From assembly GCA_030295235.1 (NCBI GenBank), contig AP026125.1, positions 1,860,001 to 1,924,000 on the forward strand: DNA of 64,000 bases, given 5' to 3'. This DNA comes from Fistulifera solaris. Its lineage: Eukaryota. A model generated the notes under the pieces. That model was not told the DNA's origin. It worked only from the letters and a program-made list of their open reading frames with translations, and ran no database searches. Positions 23,686 to 35,458 of the stretch are shown in pieces (positions within the stretch are counted from its first letter, which is position 1; the number at the start of each line of letters is the position of its first letter). The position numbers were made by a program, and so were the translations under genes.

Positions 23686-24906
23686 TTATTTGTTGGGAAA
23701 GTTGTTGTAAAGGACGGTCGAAGCAGAAACCAAGCCGCCCATGCAATGGATGCCTTCGTGTAATTTCTTGCCCTTCAGTTTCATCCATAAATCAATGCCA
23801 GGGTTGTTACTGAACACCAGTACATCAGCACAACTTTTGACAAGCGCGAGAAAAAGACTGAATTCCTTCGCTTTTGCTGTTTCCCATGCTTGAGATGCTT
23901 GACTCTTCTTCTCGCCCTCGTCATCTACCTTATCTTGCACCTGGCGTGAATTGTTGGCTCGATATTCCAAATAGATTTTCAGGTTGACATAGAGCCCGGC
24001 AAGTGCTCCGAAAAAGTAAGAGCGATTCGCAAACTTGCTAAATGCTGTGGAAGTCTCGTTGCGGTGATTCAACCTCGCAGCTTTGTCCGTTCTCAGATCG
24101 TCCAGGAAGCCACAAGCCGACAGAAACGAAACGTTATCGCCAGCCCAAAAACCCAATAGACCAGCCATTTTCAAAGCCGTACCCAGCGTCTTCCACAATG
24201 GACTCGAAAGTGACTTGCTTCCTTCGTCTGACCCGAGTAACGAGCAAATCGCTAGCACGAGAGGCCGATACACCTTGTCAAATAGAAATTTCTTGCCCTT
24301 TGTGCTTCCAATCGAAGCAATCATTTCTTTGAGAGTCTTTCTCGAACTTAATTCCCCATTGTCACGGTCTATTTCGACCGGCTCGACAGTTTGTCGGAGC
24401 GATACACCAACGGCTCGAGGAACTTGCAGCTCCTGTATTTTTCGAAGTTCGATGAAGGAACGACCCAGACGAAACGCTTTTCGACAGGTTGTGAGACTTT
24501 CCTTCAGCGCCTTGAACCGTTCCGCGGACGGATTCCCAGCCAATCGCCAACTCAAAAGTCGGGCAAGATATTGCAAAACTTTCGTGATCTTGTCACGGCC
24601 ATCGAGCGTCAGGGCCAGTGCGATCCATGAATCTACGTTCGCAGCGGACCGCTTGACTTCCAGGCCTTCTTTCAAACAACAAACTGGCAAATCCGCGCAA
24701 ACCTTTTGGTTATCTGAAAGAGCGTCGACGAAAATCTCGTGTTCTTTGGTCTGGTTACTGTCTTCGGAATGGCCATTCGATTCTTGCGTGCTTTCCGTGG
24801 CCATCCTCTCTTCTTTGTTGCCAGCTGTCGCTTGATCGAAGGTTGCTGTTGCGCTTTCACTGCTTGAATCGCTCGGTCCTTCCGCTTCGTTAATGTTTGG
24901 CGTCAT
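23686..24906 (-). CDS. PEX11: Peroxisomal biogenesis protein PEX11
   Basis: TLDGRDKITKVLQY, RKAFRLGRSF, FWAGDNV, LVKSCADV and GGLVSA. Confidence 0.9.
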   Translation of the reverse strand: MTPNINEAEGPSDSSSESATATFDQATAGNKEERMATESTQESNGHSEDSNQTKEHEIFVDALSDNQKVCADLPVCCLKEGLEVKRSAANVDSWIALALTLDGRDKITKVLQYLARLLSWRLAGNPSAERFKALKESLTTCRKAFRLGRSFIELRKIQELQVPRAVGVSLRQTVEPVEIDRDNGELSSRKTLKEMIASIGSTKGKKFLFDKVYRPLVLAICSLLGSDEGSKSLSSPLWKTLGTALKMAGLLGFWAGDNVSFLSACGFLDDLRTDKAARLNHRNETSTAFSKFANRSYFFGALAGLYVNLKIYLEYRANNSRQVQDKVDDEGEKKSQASQAWETAKAKEFSLFLALVKSCADVLVFSNNPGIDLWMKLKGKKLHEGIHCMGGLVSASTVLYNNFPNK

Positions 24907-25484
24907 TTAATAACTACTATTGAAAGGAGATTCGCTACCTGATGATGATGATTCATAACAACCTACCGAACAAATGCACCCCCAGTTGAAGGCAAAGAAC
25001 ATCAATGCAATCCTACTCTGTCACCAAGTGTATCTTTCGCAATATCCGTTTAATAGTGGATTAATAGTGGATCCCGAGTATAGTGATTTCTGTAGATTGA
25101 TGTTCGAAGAATGACGCGCTCTGACCGCGAGACATGGGAATCTAGAGAGGGAGCCTTCCTCTCCCTTGGTTTGGATTAGACCACCGCTCTTGTCACCACA
25201 AGCGAAGTTGTACTGTAGATGCGTTCTTAGAAGGCAAGGAAAAGTAAAGGTTTTTGTACCTATGATTTGAACTCCGAGAACGCATGCGTCTCTTTATTCT
25301 TGAGAACTAAGAACATGATATTCCTAAGTGAATCAAATCCAACTCGTGGGAGAGTTAATCCCCACGCACGCGACCCTTGAAACACAGCACAAGAAGCAGA
25401 TCGCTACAAAGCAATGTAGTCAAAATAGCATTTAATTTTAATGCAAAAACTCCGCCTGAGAAATTTGAAAAACATGTAAATGGA

Positions 25485-26651
25485 TTATATCCCACCACCG
25501 AGCCCCGCCAAGACTCGATTCGTCAGTAGATGTTGCGCTTCACAGACTCCGTAATCCGACTCGGTCGACATGTGATTCACAAATCCGCCATGTTGATAAT
25601 GCACCAGTCCCGGTGTGGCGGGCGCATACAATCGATGGTCCACCACCAAGATGGGTTCTTCCGGATACATCAAGTTGGGAGCGGTCAGATTCGAAAGACC
25701 CACGACACTTTCCCCGCATCGACCGAGTTGCACAGTATAGCTACCTTTGGATGCGTCCGATCCCACATTCATCGGATCCATGCAAGGATAATGTGCTGGG
25801 ACGTAATAGTTCAAAGGTAGTTGGTGCTCCATGGCGGATAAATGATTGGGCTGGTTGCTGGCCACCAACAAGACATCATTGAGCAACTTGGCAGCAGCAT
25901 TCGGAGGTGATGGTGTTATCCGCGACGGATGTTGACTGGCTTGTGGAGCCGGAGCATAGGTCGGGGTGTAATCACGGTAATCTAGCGCTTGAAAAGATCC
26001 AAAGGAAGGTGGTGCTACCTGCATCACGGGCGACGGCTGTGGAACTTGAGAGACCAAGGGAGCTACCGCATCGAGGGCGGTTTGAAACGAGACAGTCCCC
26101 GCTTGAGCCGCGAGCTCGACTCGATACTTCTCAAAGACATCGGGGGTGACGTGCAACGAGAAGTTGATACGAAACAGAAAGTCGACCTCCAAGCCGTTCA
26201 TTTCCGACGTAAGAACACCTCCCACTTTCGCATAATATGCGTTGTTGTAGTAGGCATCATCGAAGAATTTGGCAGCCAGTAAAACGGAAGTAATCACCAC
26301 GCGATGAACGTTGAGCTCCGTGAGGAGAAAGTTATTCCGTTGAATCAAGCGATCAATGTAAATGAGCGCGAGCACGAAGCATTCATTCGAACAGGATGCG
26401 TACTTGTGAATGCTAACAACAATCATGAGATGCAAATAAAGAAAATTGCAGATCCCACACGATGAAAACACGTACCGTTCAAGATACTGTTGTATCCCAA
26501 TGGCGGGGGCTTTCATGGCGTGAAATTTGGTCACTTGTCCCGGATCCGCTTGCGCCATGGCCGCGTTTGCACTAACCAGACGATCCAAAACGGCTGAAAG
26601 GACTCTTACAATGACCAAACCTTCCGCGGTTTGTTCCGGAGTCGTCTCCAT
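25485..26651 (-). CDS. P/U-type (PHO80-like) cyclin; 63-nt intron 26413-26475
   Basis: [41 protein letters not shown] and [32 protein letters not shown]. Confidence 0.92.
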   Translation of the reverse strand: METTPEQTAEGLVIVRVLSAVLDRLVSANAAMAQADPGQVTKFHAMKAPAIGIQQYLERYVFSSCGICNFLYLHLMIVVSIHKYASCSNECFVLALIYIDRLIQRNNFLLTELNVHRVVITSVLLAAKFFDDAYYNNAYYAKVGGVLTSEMNGLEVDFLFRINFSLHVTPDVFEKYRVELAAQAGTVSFQTALDAVAPLVSQVPQPSPVMQVAPPSFGSFQALDYRDYTPTYAPAPQASQHPSRITPSPPNAAAKLLNDVLLVASNQPNHLSAMEHQLPLNYYVPAHYPCMDPMNVGSDASKGSYTVQLGRCGESVVGLSNLTAPNLMYPEEPILVVDHRLYAPATPGLVHYQHGGFVNHMSTESDYGVCEAQHLLTNRVLAGLGGGI

Positions 26652-28449
26652 ATTATTTAATTGTTTGGTTTGCAGTATTTATATACAGTGCCACAGTGGC
26701 AAATTATTCCTGACACAACATGATCGAAACTTTTTGACCGTGTAGCAATGTAATGAAAGGAATTAAACGTTTCCGCAGTTCAAAGAAGAGGAAAATGTGA
26801 ATCTTTAAAGATTGATGACGTGACGAAGGTTCTGTCAAATGGAAAAAGGGAAATAACGAATTTGTCAGCCAAAATGGAAAGGGAGAACTTGACAAATGAC
26901 CATGCAATTTCGAATTTAATCAAGATGCATCAGTGCTTCAATCTAAAGATCAAAGCAATAAAGCAATCACAAGACTGATACATCGACAAAGCAAGGTTTT
27001 GAATGTGTGGCCCTGCCTCGATGAGAACGCAGAATTTGAATCGGAATTCATGACTGAAACCAGTTCACGAACCAGTTCACCACGTCCTCGATTTTTGTCG
27101 CTTTTTGCAACAGAGAGACCACGGCAAACGATCGCAGGTGCCGCACTTGAATTTCACTTTTAATTCAATTTAATCTATAAATCACTCACCTTTTCGGATG
27201 TGTCAAAAGAAGGGAAAGTTCGGTTTGAGCTTGAAATTTGTCTTCAAAATTGGATCGGTGGAGAGAGTGGAAAAGACGTCGGGAAAAAAAGACGCGAGAG
27301 AGAAAAGGCGAGAGCTCGAGTTCGGAGGACGGCGAGGAAAAAGGCGGAGGAGTTTACGTCGTGCATGCCTACGTAAGCGGTATGACGACAGACGAAACTA
27401 TACGAAATACTGTACTTTGCGGTTTGGGACTGCGCCTGAATCTCGAACCTGCAACATTACCGGAGCCAATAAAGTAGCGAAGACACAAACTATCTGTCCA
27501 TGAGTGGGGCGTCGGCGAAACTGATACACTTTAAGTACTTGTCAATACGATCCGACTGAACCTTTTCTGTCTGGCAAACTCACACTTTCCATTGAGGGTT
27601 CTTAAACTAGAACGCACTCCTTTTAAATTCACAAGACAGTTGGTTTCTGGAATCCAGAAAGAAGACATTGCATGGTGTACTCTTGGAAAATGTTCTGACA
27701 CGCAGAAGGCGACGAAGGACGGGAAAAGAGGCGAACGCACTTGGAACTTTTTCCCACAGAACTTTTTTTCTTCCGGGTACGAAAACAGGAATTTGGGGGA
27801 AATGTATGGTGGCAAAAACGCCGAAGAAAAGTAAGGAGTAAACTCTAGATTCTTTCACGAGTGACAAGGTTTTCTTTCGAGTTTAAGACTCCACAGATCG
27901 AGCGGCTCAATTCCTATCTGTCGTATTGCATGCAACCTTACCAAAGCATCGAAAGTGAGCGAACAAATGATCAGTCATGCGTTTTGACTTTTGACACATG
28001 GAGTTGTACCTGCTGCGCACTTATGAGCATCGATCGACAAGGAAGGACACAACTTCAACGATCCTGGCGTTATATTCGAGGATAAGTGTCTCTATCATCA
28101 AACCATGAAGCTCTAGTTTTATCTTGTTAGGTTACTCCGTAAGGTTATTAACTGTCGCTAAATTAGTCACGACCAATTTTTCAGTCATGAGTCGTCGATA
28201 TGACGTCTTTTTATGTGACTGAAATTAATGCTCAGTCCCGTTCGACATCAACCTGCGTCATCTCTTTCGTTTTGCACCGCATAACCACATCCACAAAAAC
28301 AAAACGACAGCAATAACAACGATATTTGCGCATCACGAAACGTTTCAAACGGAGGTGACCTTCTTTTGGAGCAAACAAGTGATTTTCGGAGTATTAGCGC
28401 TGTGATTCGCGTCGAAATTGAAAGTCGCAAGGTACCTTTGTAAAACAGA

Positions 28450-30530
28450 ATGAAATTCCAATTCAACATGTCACTGTTAGGGCTCATGGCTTCGATGGCC
28501 GCACGACGAGGCCTGGCGTTTGTGCCTTCGTTGACGACACGAAATGCGTTGACGAAAAGTAATCATCATATCAAGCCGTTGACGCGTCACTTCCTGTCGA
28601 CATTAGCACCGCCCACCGAACAATCGGAAGCGGAAGAAATCATTCAACTACCGACCAACGAAGACGACGAAGAATTATTGAAAATTCGTCACTCTTCCGC
28701 ACACGTCATGGCCATGGCGGTCCAGCAAGTTTTCCCGGAAGCGCAAGTCACAATAGGACCTTGGATTGACAACGGATTTTATTATGATTTTTATTTCCCC
28801 GACACAGTCGACAAAGAAACCGGAGAGAAGGTACCTTCGCGAAAATTGACGGAACAAGACTTGAAGGCCGTCAAAAAGAAATGGACAAGATCATTTCCAA
28901 AGATTATCCCATTCGAAGAGAAGAAGTCTCGAGAGAAGAAGCGCGGCGACGAATTAATGAAATTGGTGAGCCATTCAAGTTGGAGATTCTAGATAGCATC
29001 AAGACGGAACCGATTACGATCTATCACATTGGCGAAGAATGGTGGGACTTGTGCGCTGGTCCTCATGTTGAATCGACCAGCAGTATTCCGAAAAAGGCGA
29101 TTAGTTTGGATAGTGTAGCAGGTGCTTACTGGCGTGGTGATGAAAAGCGAGAGATGCTTCAGCGCATTTATGCAACAGCGTGGAAGGATCCTCAGCAACT
29201 CAAGCAGTACAAGAAAATGTTGGAGGAAGCGAAAAAGCGCGACCATCGAATGCTGGGAAAGAAACTTGACTTGTTCTCCGTTCAAGAGGAGGCTGGTGGA
29301 GGTCTTGTATTTTGGCACCCCAAAGGATCGAAAATTCGTCGTATGATTGAAGACTTCTGGAAGAATGCTCACGAGGATGCTGGATACGACATTGTTTACT
29401 CGCCCCATATCGCCAACATCAATCTTTGGAAAACATCGGGTCACTTTGATTTTTACCGTTCTGATATGTTTGACCAGATGGACGTCGAAAACGAACAATA
29501 TCAAATCAAACCAATGAACTGTCCCTTCCATTGCCTCATGTTCAAAGACGAGCTTCGATCCTACCGAGACTTGCCATTCCGATGGGCGGAACTGGGAACC
29601 GTATATCGGTAAGTCTATACAATATGTATTGTCGACGTGTCGTTTCATACCGCTCTCACTTCTATCGTTTCCAGTTACGAACGATCAGGAACTCTCCACG
29701 GATTGATGAGAGTGCGAGGATTCACCCAGGATGACGCACACATATTTTGTTTACCTGAACAGCTGGAAGATGAAATCGTTGGCGTTCTTGACCTCACCGA
29801 GCGGATCTTATCACGATTCGGCTTTGACAAGTATGATATCATGCTATCCACCAAGCCGGAGAAAGCCGTCGGGTCTGATGATATCTGGGAAGCTGCTACA
29901 AAGGCTTTAGAGGGAGCTTTGAAAAAGAAGGGATGGGAATATGGTGTCGACGAAGGTGGTGGTGCTTTCTACGGTCCAAAGATCGACCTGAAAATTAGAG
30001 ATGCTATTGGTCGTCAGTGGCAGTGCTCCACCGTGCAATGCGATTTCAATCTTCCAGATCGGTTTGGTCTAGAATATGTGAGCGCCGAAGGAACGAGAGA
30101 GCAGCCCATCATGGTGCATCGTGCTATCTTCGGCTCTATGGAACGTTTTTTCGGCATTCTCATTGAGAACTGCTCTGGTGACTTCCCTTTATGGCTAGCT
30201 CCAACTCAGTTCAAGCTTCTACCGGTCACGGACGCCGTTCATGATTACTGTAACGAAGTTGCGGCTAAAGCCAAGAAAATGGGCATTCGGGTAGAGGTAG
30301 ATCGTGGCTCTGAACGTTTGGCGAAGCAAATCCGAAATGCAGAACAGCAGAGAGTCCCTATTATGGCCGTCGTTGGAGTTAAAGAAATGGAAACGAACAA
30401 CTTGGCCGTCAGAAGCCGTAAGCTTGGCGACTTGGGTTCCTTCAATGTCGACGATCTTCTTTCGGAATTAAGTCGGTGTTCTGCAGCAGCAGAGGAGATG
30501 ACGATGCAGGGAGACAAATCAGCAGAATAA
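28450..30530 (+). CDS. thrS: Threonyl-tRNA synthetase, organellar (bacterial type); intron ~29609-29674; frameshift ~28880
   Basis: [52 protein letters not shown] and [11 protein letters not shown]. Presequence ending GLA-FVP. Confidence 0.95.
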
Positions 30531-30824
30531 TGATAAAGAGAATTGCTAGTATCACGTATCCTTCTTTCGAATATTTTCATCGCCCGAAGTTCACAATGCA
30601 GGAAGATTTGGACTAGGTAGAAACATGACGTCGCGTTGTTTTCTACAGCAATCTTTTGAACGAAAAGTTATGACAACCCAAATTCGCAAACTACTCGAGC
30701 AAAATGAAACGAGACACGAGAAAAGCACAAACGTCAAGATCAAGATCGATCGCTCTATTGTGTACGCTCTAAACGACTCGAGTTTCAAGGCGGGGGATGA
30801 TTTCGCTACATCATTACATGGTGA

Positions 30825-31266
30825 TTAGCTGCTTTTGACCATCTTCTTTGCTTGGGTGCCCTCTCGGAAACCGTTCTTGAATTTTCGTGTCATATCCTTC
30901 ATGTATCGCATACGACCAACGCCTGTTGTACGACGACCTTTAGCTTTCAAAGCCCAGTTGTACGAGCGCATCTTCTTGGCAGGGTATCCGCAAGAAGAGC
31001 AGGTCGCCTTTGGATGTGATATGAAACCTTTCCACATCGTCGGCAGGTTGTGTGCGACTTCGTGTGTCGCTTTCCGAATGAAGTGGTACCTTTAGTCTGT
31101 TACGAAATTAATCAAGAAGCGAATAAATATTAGGAAAATTGTTTCGAAAATCAGGATCGACAAACAAGCCGATGAACCTCCCGTCAGTCCGCTTAGTAGC
31201 GACACAAATCGCTTTGCGCGATGCGCTCATTTTAATAATCCTACATTAACAACGTCAACTCACCAT
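30825..31266 (-). CDS. RPL37: 60S ribosomal protein L37 (ATG + 167-nt intron 31097-31263; 1-nt deletion in A run at ~31010)
   Basis: [23 protein letters not shown]...[35 protein letters not shown]. Confidence 0.95.
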
Positions 31267-31603
31267 ATTGTTTGTGAATAATTATAAGGTCTTGACAACA
31301 ACGATACGTTCTCTATTCGACGAGGACGGATGCTGTTGGAAGTAGCGTCGTTGCATGGATGAAGAAAATCGTGACAAATTTTTGTAGTAATGCGGTAAGA
31401 TGCTTAAAATTAGGAATAGGGATTTCACTTGAGTCTTATTGCACTGTACACTTCATGTCGGACCGGCTCTCCTATTAACTATGGCTAATATTTTTGTTGC
31501 AGTTTGAAAGCAGAATGGGGCTATTGACAACTTGAGAAGCGTATCGACCATTTTATCTTTGCTCAGAATATTGTTATTGTTAGCCTGGTGTCAATCCTAT
31601 CCA

Positions 31604-33491
31604 TTATTGTGTTAAAAGCGGTCTCAGGAGATCAGGATTGCAAGGTCGCTCTCGCATTTGAAAGGCAGGATCACCAGAGCGCCTTGCATTATCGACTCCA
31701 TTTTCACCAAAAGTCTTTCTTAACGCTGAGAAAGCGACCTGTTTTAACATTTGTAATGTTTGCATTTCACCCAAGCGTAAATGTTCACCAGTCCATTTCC
31801 GTGTCCCAAAGGCTTCACGGTTTAATCGACCCACGAGCCCCTTCTGCTCTTCCAAAGTCGTATTGAAGCGAGATAAGGCGGTAGACGCGAATCGAGCAAT
31901 ACACATTTGCGTTCGGTACTCCAGCGCATCGTTCGTGGGGGTAAGACAAATGTCGCGCCATCCACAGAGGGCTCGTTCCTCAACGCATCTTGTATCATCC
32001 GAGTGGCGTTGCCGTTGTAGTCTATATGGGTCAACGAAATCAGACGACATGTACCAAACAAGATATTTCCGTCAAATTGAAGGTCTCCGTCCAAGTGAGC
32101 GTCGGGTGGCGGTTCGAGCGTAATAGGTCCATTGGTTGACCGTCCCGGTTTGGAATCCCTGTCACGGGGTGACATCTGCGCAACCCAATGAGATTCCTTA
32201 CCAGCGATAGACATCAAGTAAGCGAATTTCCATTTCTTAAAGTTCCAAACAGCTTCGTCATCTTGGAGAGGATCAATGCAAGCCTCGTAACCGTCATCAT
32301 ATTGCAAATATCGAAGAATGCGTGGTTTTTCCTTGGCCAAACCCTGACTAGACCCTGAGGCAAGCACTGAATGCCAGAGTGCTATACTCGCTTGCGTCCA
32401 CTCACTACCATCGCCATTCACAAAACCGTATCTTGCGAAAAGATCCGAGTCTGTTCGCTTCCCATAGCTATCCATAACCTCAAACCCGGGAGCAATGCTT
32501 GCAATAGCCGAAATCACAAAACTTTCCCGATCAGCGTCGTACGAGAATCCGACATTGGGCGATGCATGATGATCGTACAAATCCAAAACTGGAACCATAG
32601 CATGTGATCCGTGTTCGAGAGTCAACCCACCGACCTTTTGATACATTGCGATCTCGCTGGTAGTGAGTTGCGAAGGTTGCTCCGAACCAGATGTTGAGAC
32701 AGGTAGCGGCCCTGTCCCAAAACTACGCGTCAATACATTTAAGCGCGCGGCCAGATACTCGGATCGGTCGATGAGTTGATTAAACTCAGTAGAAACTCGA
32801 GTAAACGCATCGTATTCGTCATGAACTAATCGACGAAACATCATGACCTGCGAAAACGTGGAGGAATAGGGCCCCAAAGTACTGACCAGTTCATCCTCGG
32901 GCCACAAAATGGGATGGAATGCAACATAGTCATCGTAGCTTGGCAATACTTCAGTCAAATAGTTTTGTAAAATTGGGTTGAGGTCCGAGTTTTGGTATGT
33001 AGCTAGCTTGCGCTTGTTCGCCAAATGCGCCGCTAAGAAAGCAGCATTCGGTAGTGCATCCCCATTCGTCAGTCTCGCCGTTAGTAATTCGTTCCGAATC
33101 AACGGATCTCGCAAAGCATCCAAATCCCACAATTGTAGATGCCGCGGAACCACCAAAATGACTTCCCCGTTTTAATTCGTTTTGTGGCTCTCTGGGTTCT
33201 CCTGGATGGAATTAACGACGGATGGCAAAAGACCGCATCATCTGCAGCAGTGCAAATCTGTTTCAAGAATCGATGAACGACAGGATCCAGAGATTCATCG
33301 AACCAATTCCACAATACTCCGGTGACAATTGCCACAGTTAACACAGAACAGGCTTGTAATGTAGCGGGAGAGAGAACACCTCCCCAAGGTCGTCGACGTT
33401 TGCCATGTTGAACCCTTTCCGAAGTATTGTCTGTTGTTGATGAAAATCCTGGTGGCTTGCGAATTGCAACACATCTTTTTCGTGCTGTCAT
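31604..33491 (-). CDS. SET-domain (Rubisco LSMT-like) methyltransferase with N-terminal transmembrane helix; frameshifts ~33165 and ~31935
   Basis: YLTEVLP, HPILW, NVLTRSF, AMVPVLDLYDHHASPN and EVMDSYGKRTDSDLFARYGF. TM segment VLTVAIVTGVLWNWF. Confidence 0.8.
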
Positions 33492-33997
33492 TTCGTCGTT
33501 ATTAATTTTAATCAACTGCGTCTAGTACGCTCTCTCTTTCACGGAGTGCATTATTGCATTTCCTTGCATTTTGCCTTGCATTATTGCGCAACACGATGGC
33601 GAGCATTTTGAACGCACCTCGTCTCCAGAATCTCTGCAAGCAAAAAAACCTCACTTTCAGATTTTCTGGGTATCTGAAAACACCAAATTAACACACAGAT
33701 ACCCAGAATTATCGCTTGATACAAAATAAGGACACCTGTATTTTTTTTTTTTCTTTTTAAATAAAAAAAAACCTTACTATGAACCTTAATAGCATCGACT
33801 TATCCACGACTGCACTTCAGTCATGAAATGGCTAGGCTGATTTACTATCTGCGAGCGATAATGCTGCCTCTCTAGTCTACAATTCGTTCATTTAGCTTTT
33901 CTTCTTAAGTTCAATTACTCGTTGTGAAAATGTAATAGACTTTGTTAGCATTTTCAGAAAACACCTTGATGTTTGTAGGGCGAAAAGCCTGCGAACA

Positions 33998-34995
33998 TTG
34001 GTGCTCTTATTGCTTCGGTGGAGTTTCAAGTGACTGAAATTGTGTCGCGATCGTGTACAACCAACACTTTACCACCATAGTGAAAATCGCAGTCGACGAT
34101 ACGGATGCTTTCCGACGCAAATAGCTGCGCTTCGAATGAAGATGATAGATGATAGTTAATTCATATATAATTGGTATTTTCATGGCATTTGATTTTAAAT
34201 TTCGCGTTTTTGTTTGGGGACAACTTTGGTGTTTTCATTGCTTCGGTGGAGTTTCAAGTGACTGAAAATGAGTCGCGATCGCGTACAACCAACACTTTAC
34301 CACCATAGTGAAAATCGCAGTAGACGATACGGATGCTTTCCGACGCAAATAGCTGCGCTTCGAATGAAGATGATAGATGATAGTTAATTCATATATTATT
34401 GGTATTTTCATGGCATTTGATTTTAAATTTCGCGTTTTTGTTTGGGGACAACTTTGGTGTTTTCATTGCTTCGGTGGAGTTTCAAGTGACTGAAAATGAG
34501 TCGCGATCGCGTACAACCAACACTTTACCACCATAGTGAAAATCGCAGTCGACGATACGGATGCTTTCCGACGCAAATAGCTGCGCTTCGAATGAAGATG
34601 ATAGATGATAGTTAATTCATATATTATTGGTATTTTCATGGCATTTGATTTTAAATTTCGCGTTTTTGTTTGGGGACAACTTTGGTGTTTTCATTGCTTC
34701 GGTGGAGTTTCAAGTTTCAAGTGACCGAAAATGAGTCGCGATCGCGTACAACCAACACTTTACCACCATAGTGCAAATCGCAGTCGACGATACGGATGCT
34801 TTCCGACGCAAACAGCTGCGCTTCGAATGAAGATGATAGATGATAGTTAATTCATATATTATTGGTATTTTCATGGCATTTGATTTTACACTTCGCGTTT
34901 TTGTTTGGGGACAACTTTGGTGTCACCATTGCTTCGGTGGCGTTTCAAGTGACTGAAATTGTGTCGCGATCGCGTACAACCAACGCTTTACCAAC
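33998..34995. repeat. Tandem array of ~228-bp units, ~4.3 near-identical copies
   Basis: ATTGCTTCGGTGG recurs at ~34009, 34237, 34466, 34693 and 34928. Copy 4 carries a TTTCAAG duplication. Confidence 0.97.
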
Positions 34996-35458
34996 ATCAT
35001 AGGTCTAAGTCTCATGAATTAACACGTAAACATAGTATACACCCAGATTTTCTTGGTTTTCGTACAATTTTTGAACCTGAATCTCATTTCTGAAAACTAC
35101 TACGTAGGCTGATTTCGTACTAGTTGTGGTGCGGGTGACTGCACCGGTGATTCACGGTATTTATGTCTAGCTTTGAAATAGGTTTCTATGGCATCAATTA
35201 AATGAAAATATGTAGCTTTTTTGCTGATTTAGATAAGAAGTTAGTTAGACATGGCTAAAATCTTAAATTTTTTAGTCACGAGTTGTGTGCTAGTTTTCAG
35301 AAATAATTGAATTCCATGAAATCGAGTTTTCAGAAAGATTCCGCTCGCCATTACCTCGCTCGCAGCAGCCCTTTCTTATTGACACCGATCCATCATCAAA
35401 AGACAAAGACAAGGATTATTACTCATTACAATCCTTTTTGTTCACTTAAAGAACGGAT

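Noticed and set aside
26700..28440. Short ORFs or an ncRNA in the cyclin-ThrRS divergent intergenic region
   Set aside because: No coding signature or recognisable RNA family; consistent with a long 5' UTR and promoters.
28450..30530. Bacterial-type genes (ThrRS, YchJ, DUF493) as contamination or recent horizontal transfer
   Set aside because: They carry diatom targeting presequences, and ThrRS has a spliceosomal intron; ordinary nucleus-encoded organellar proteins.
33596..35351. ATGGCGAGC/GCTCGCCAT as terminal inverted repeats of a DNA transposon
   Set aside because: Only 9 bp, does not extend, and no target-site duplication is evident.
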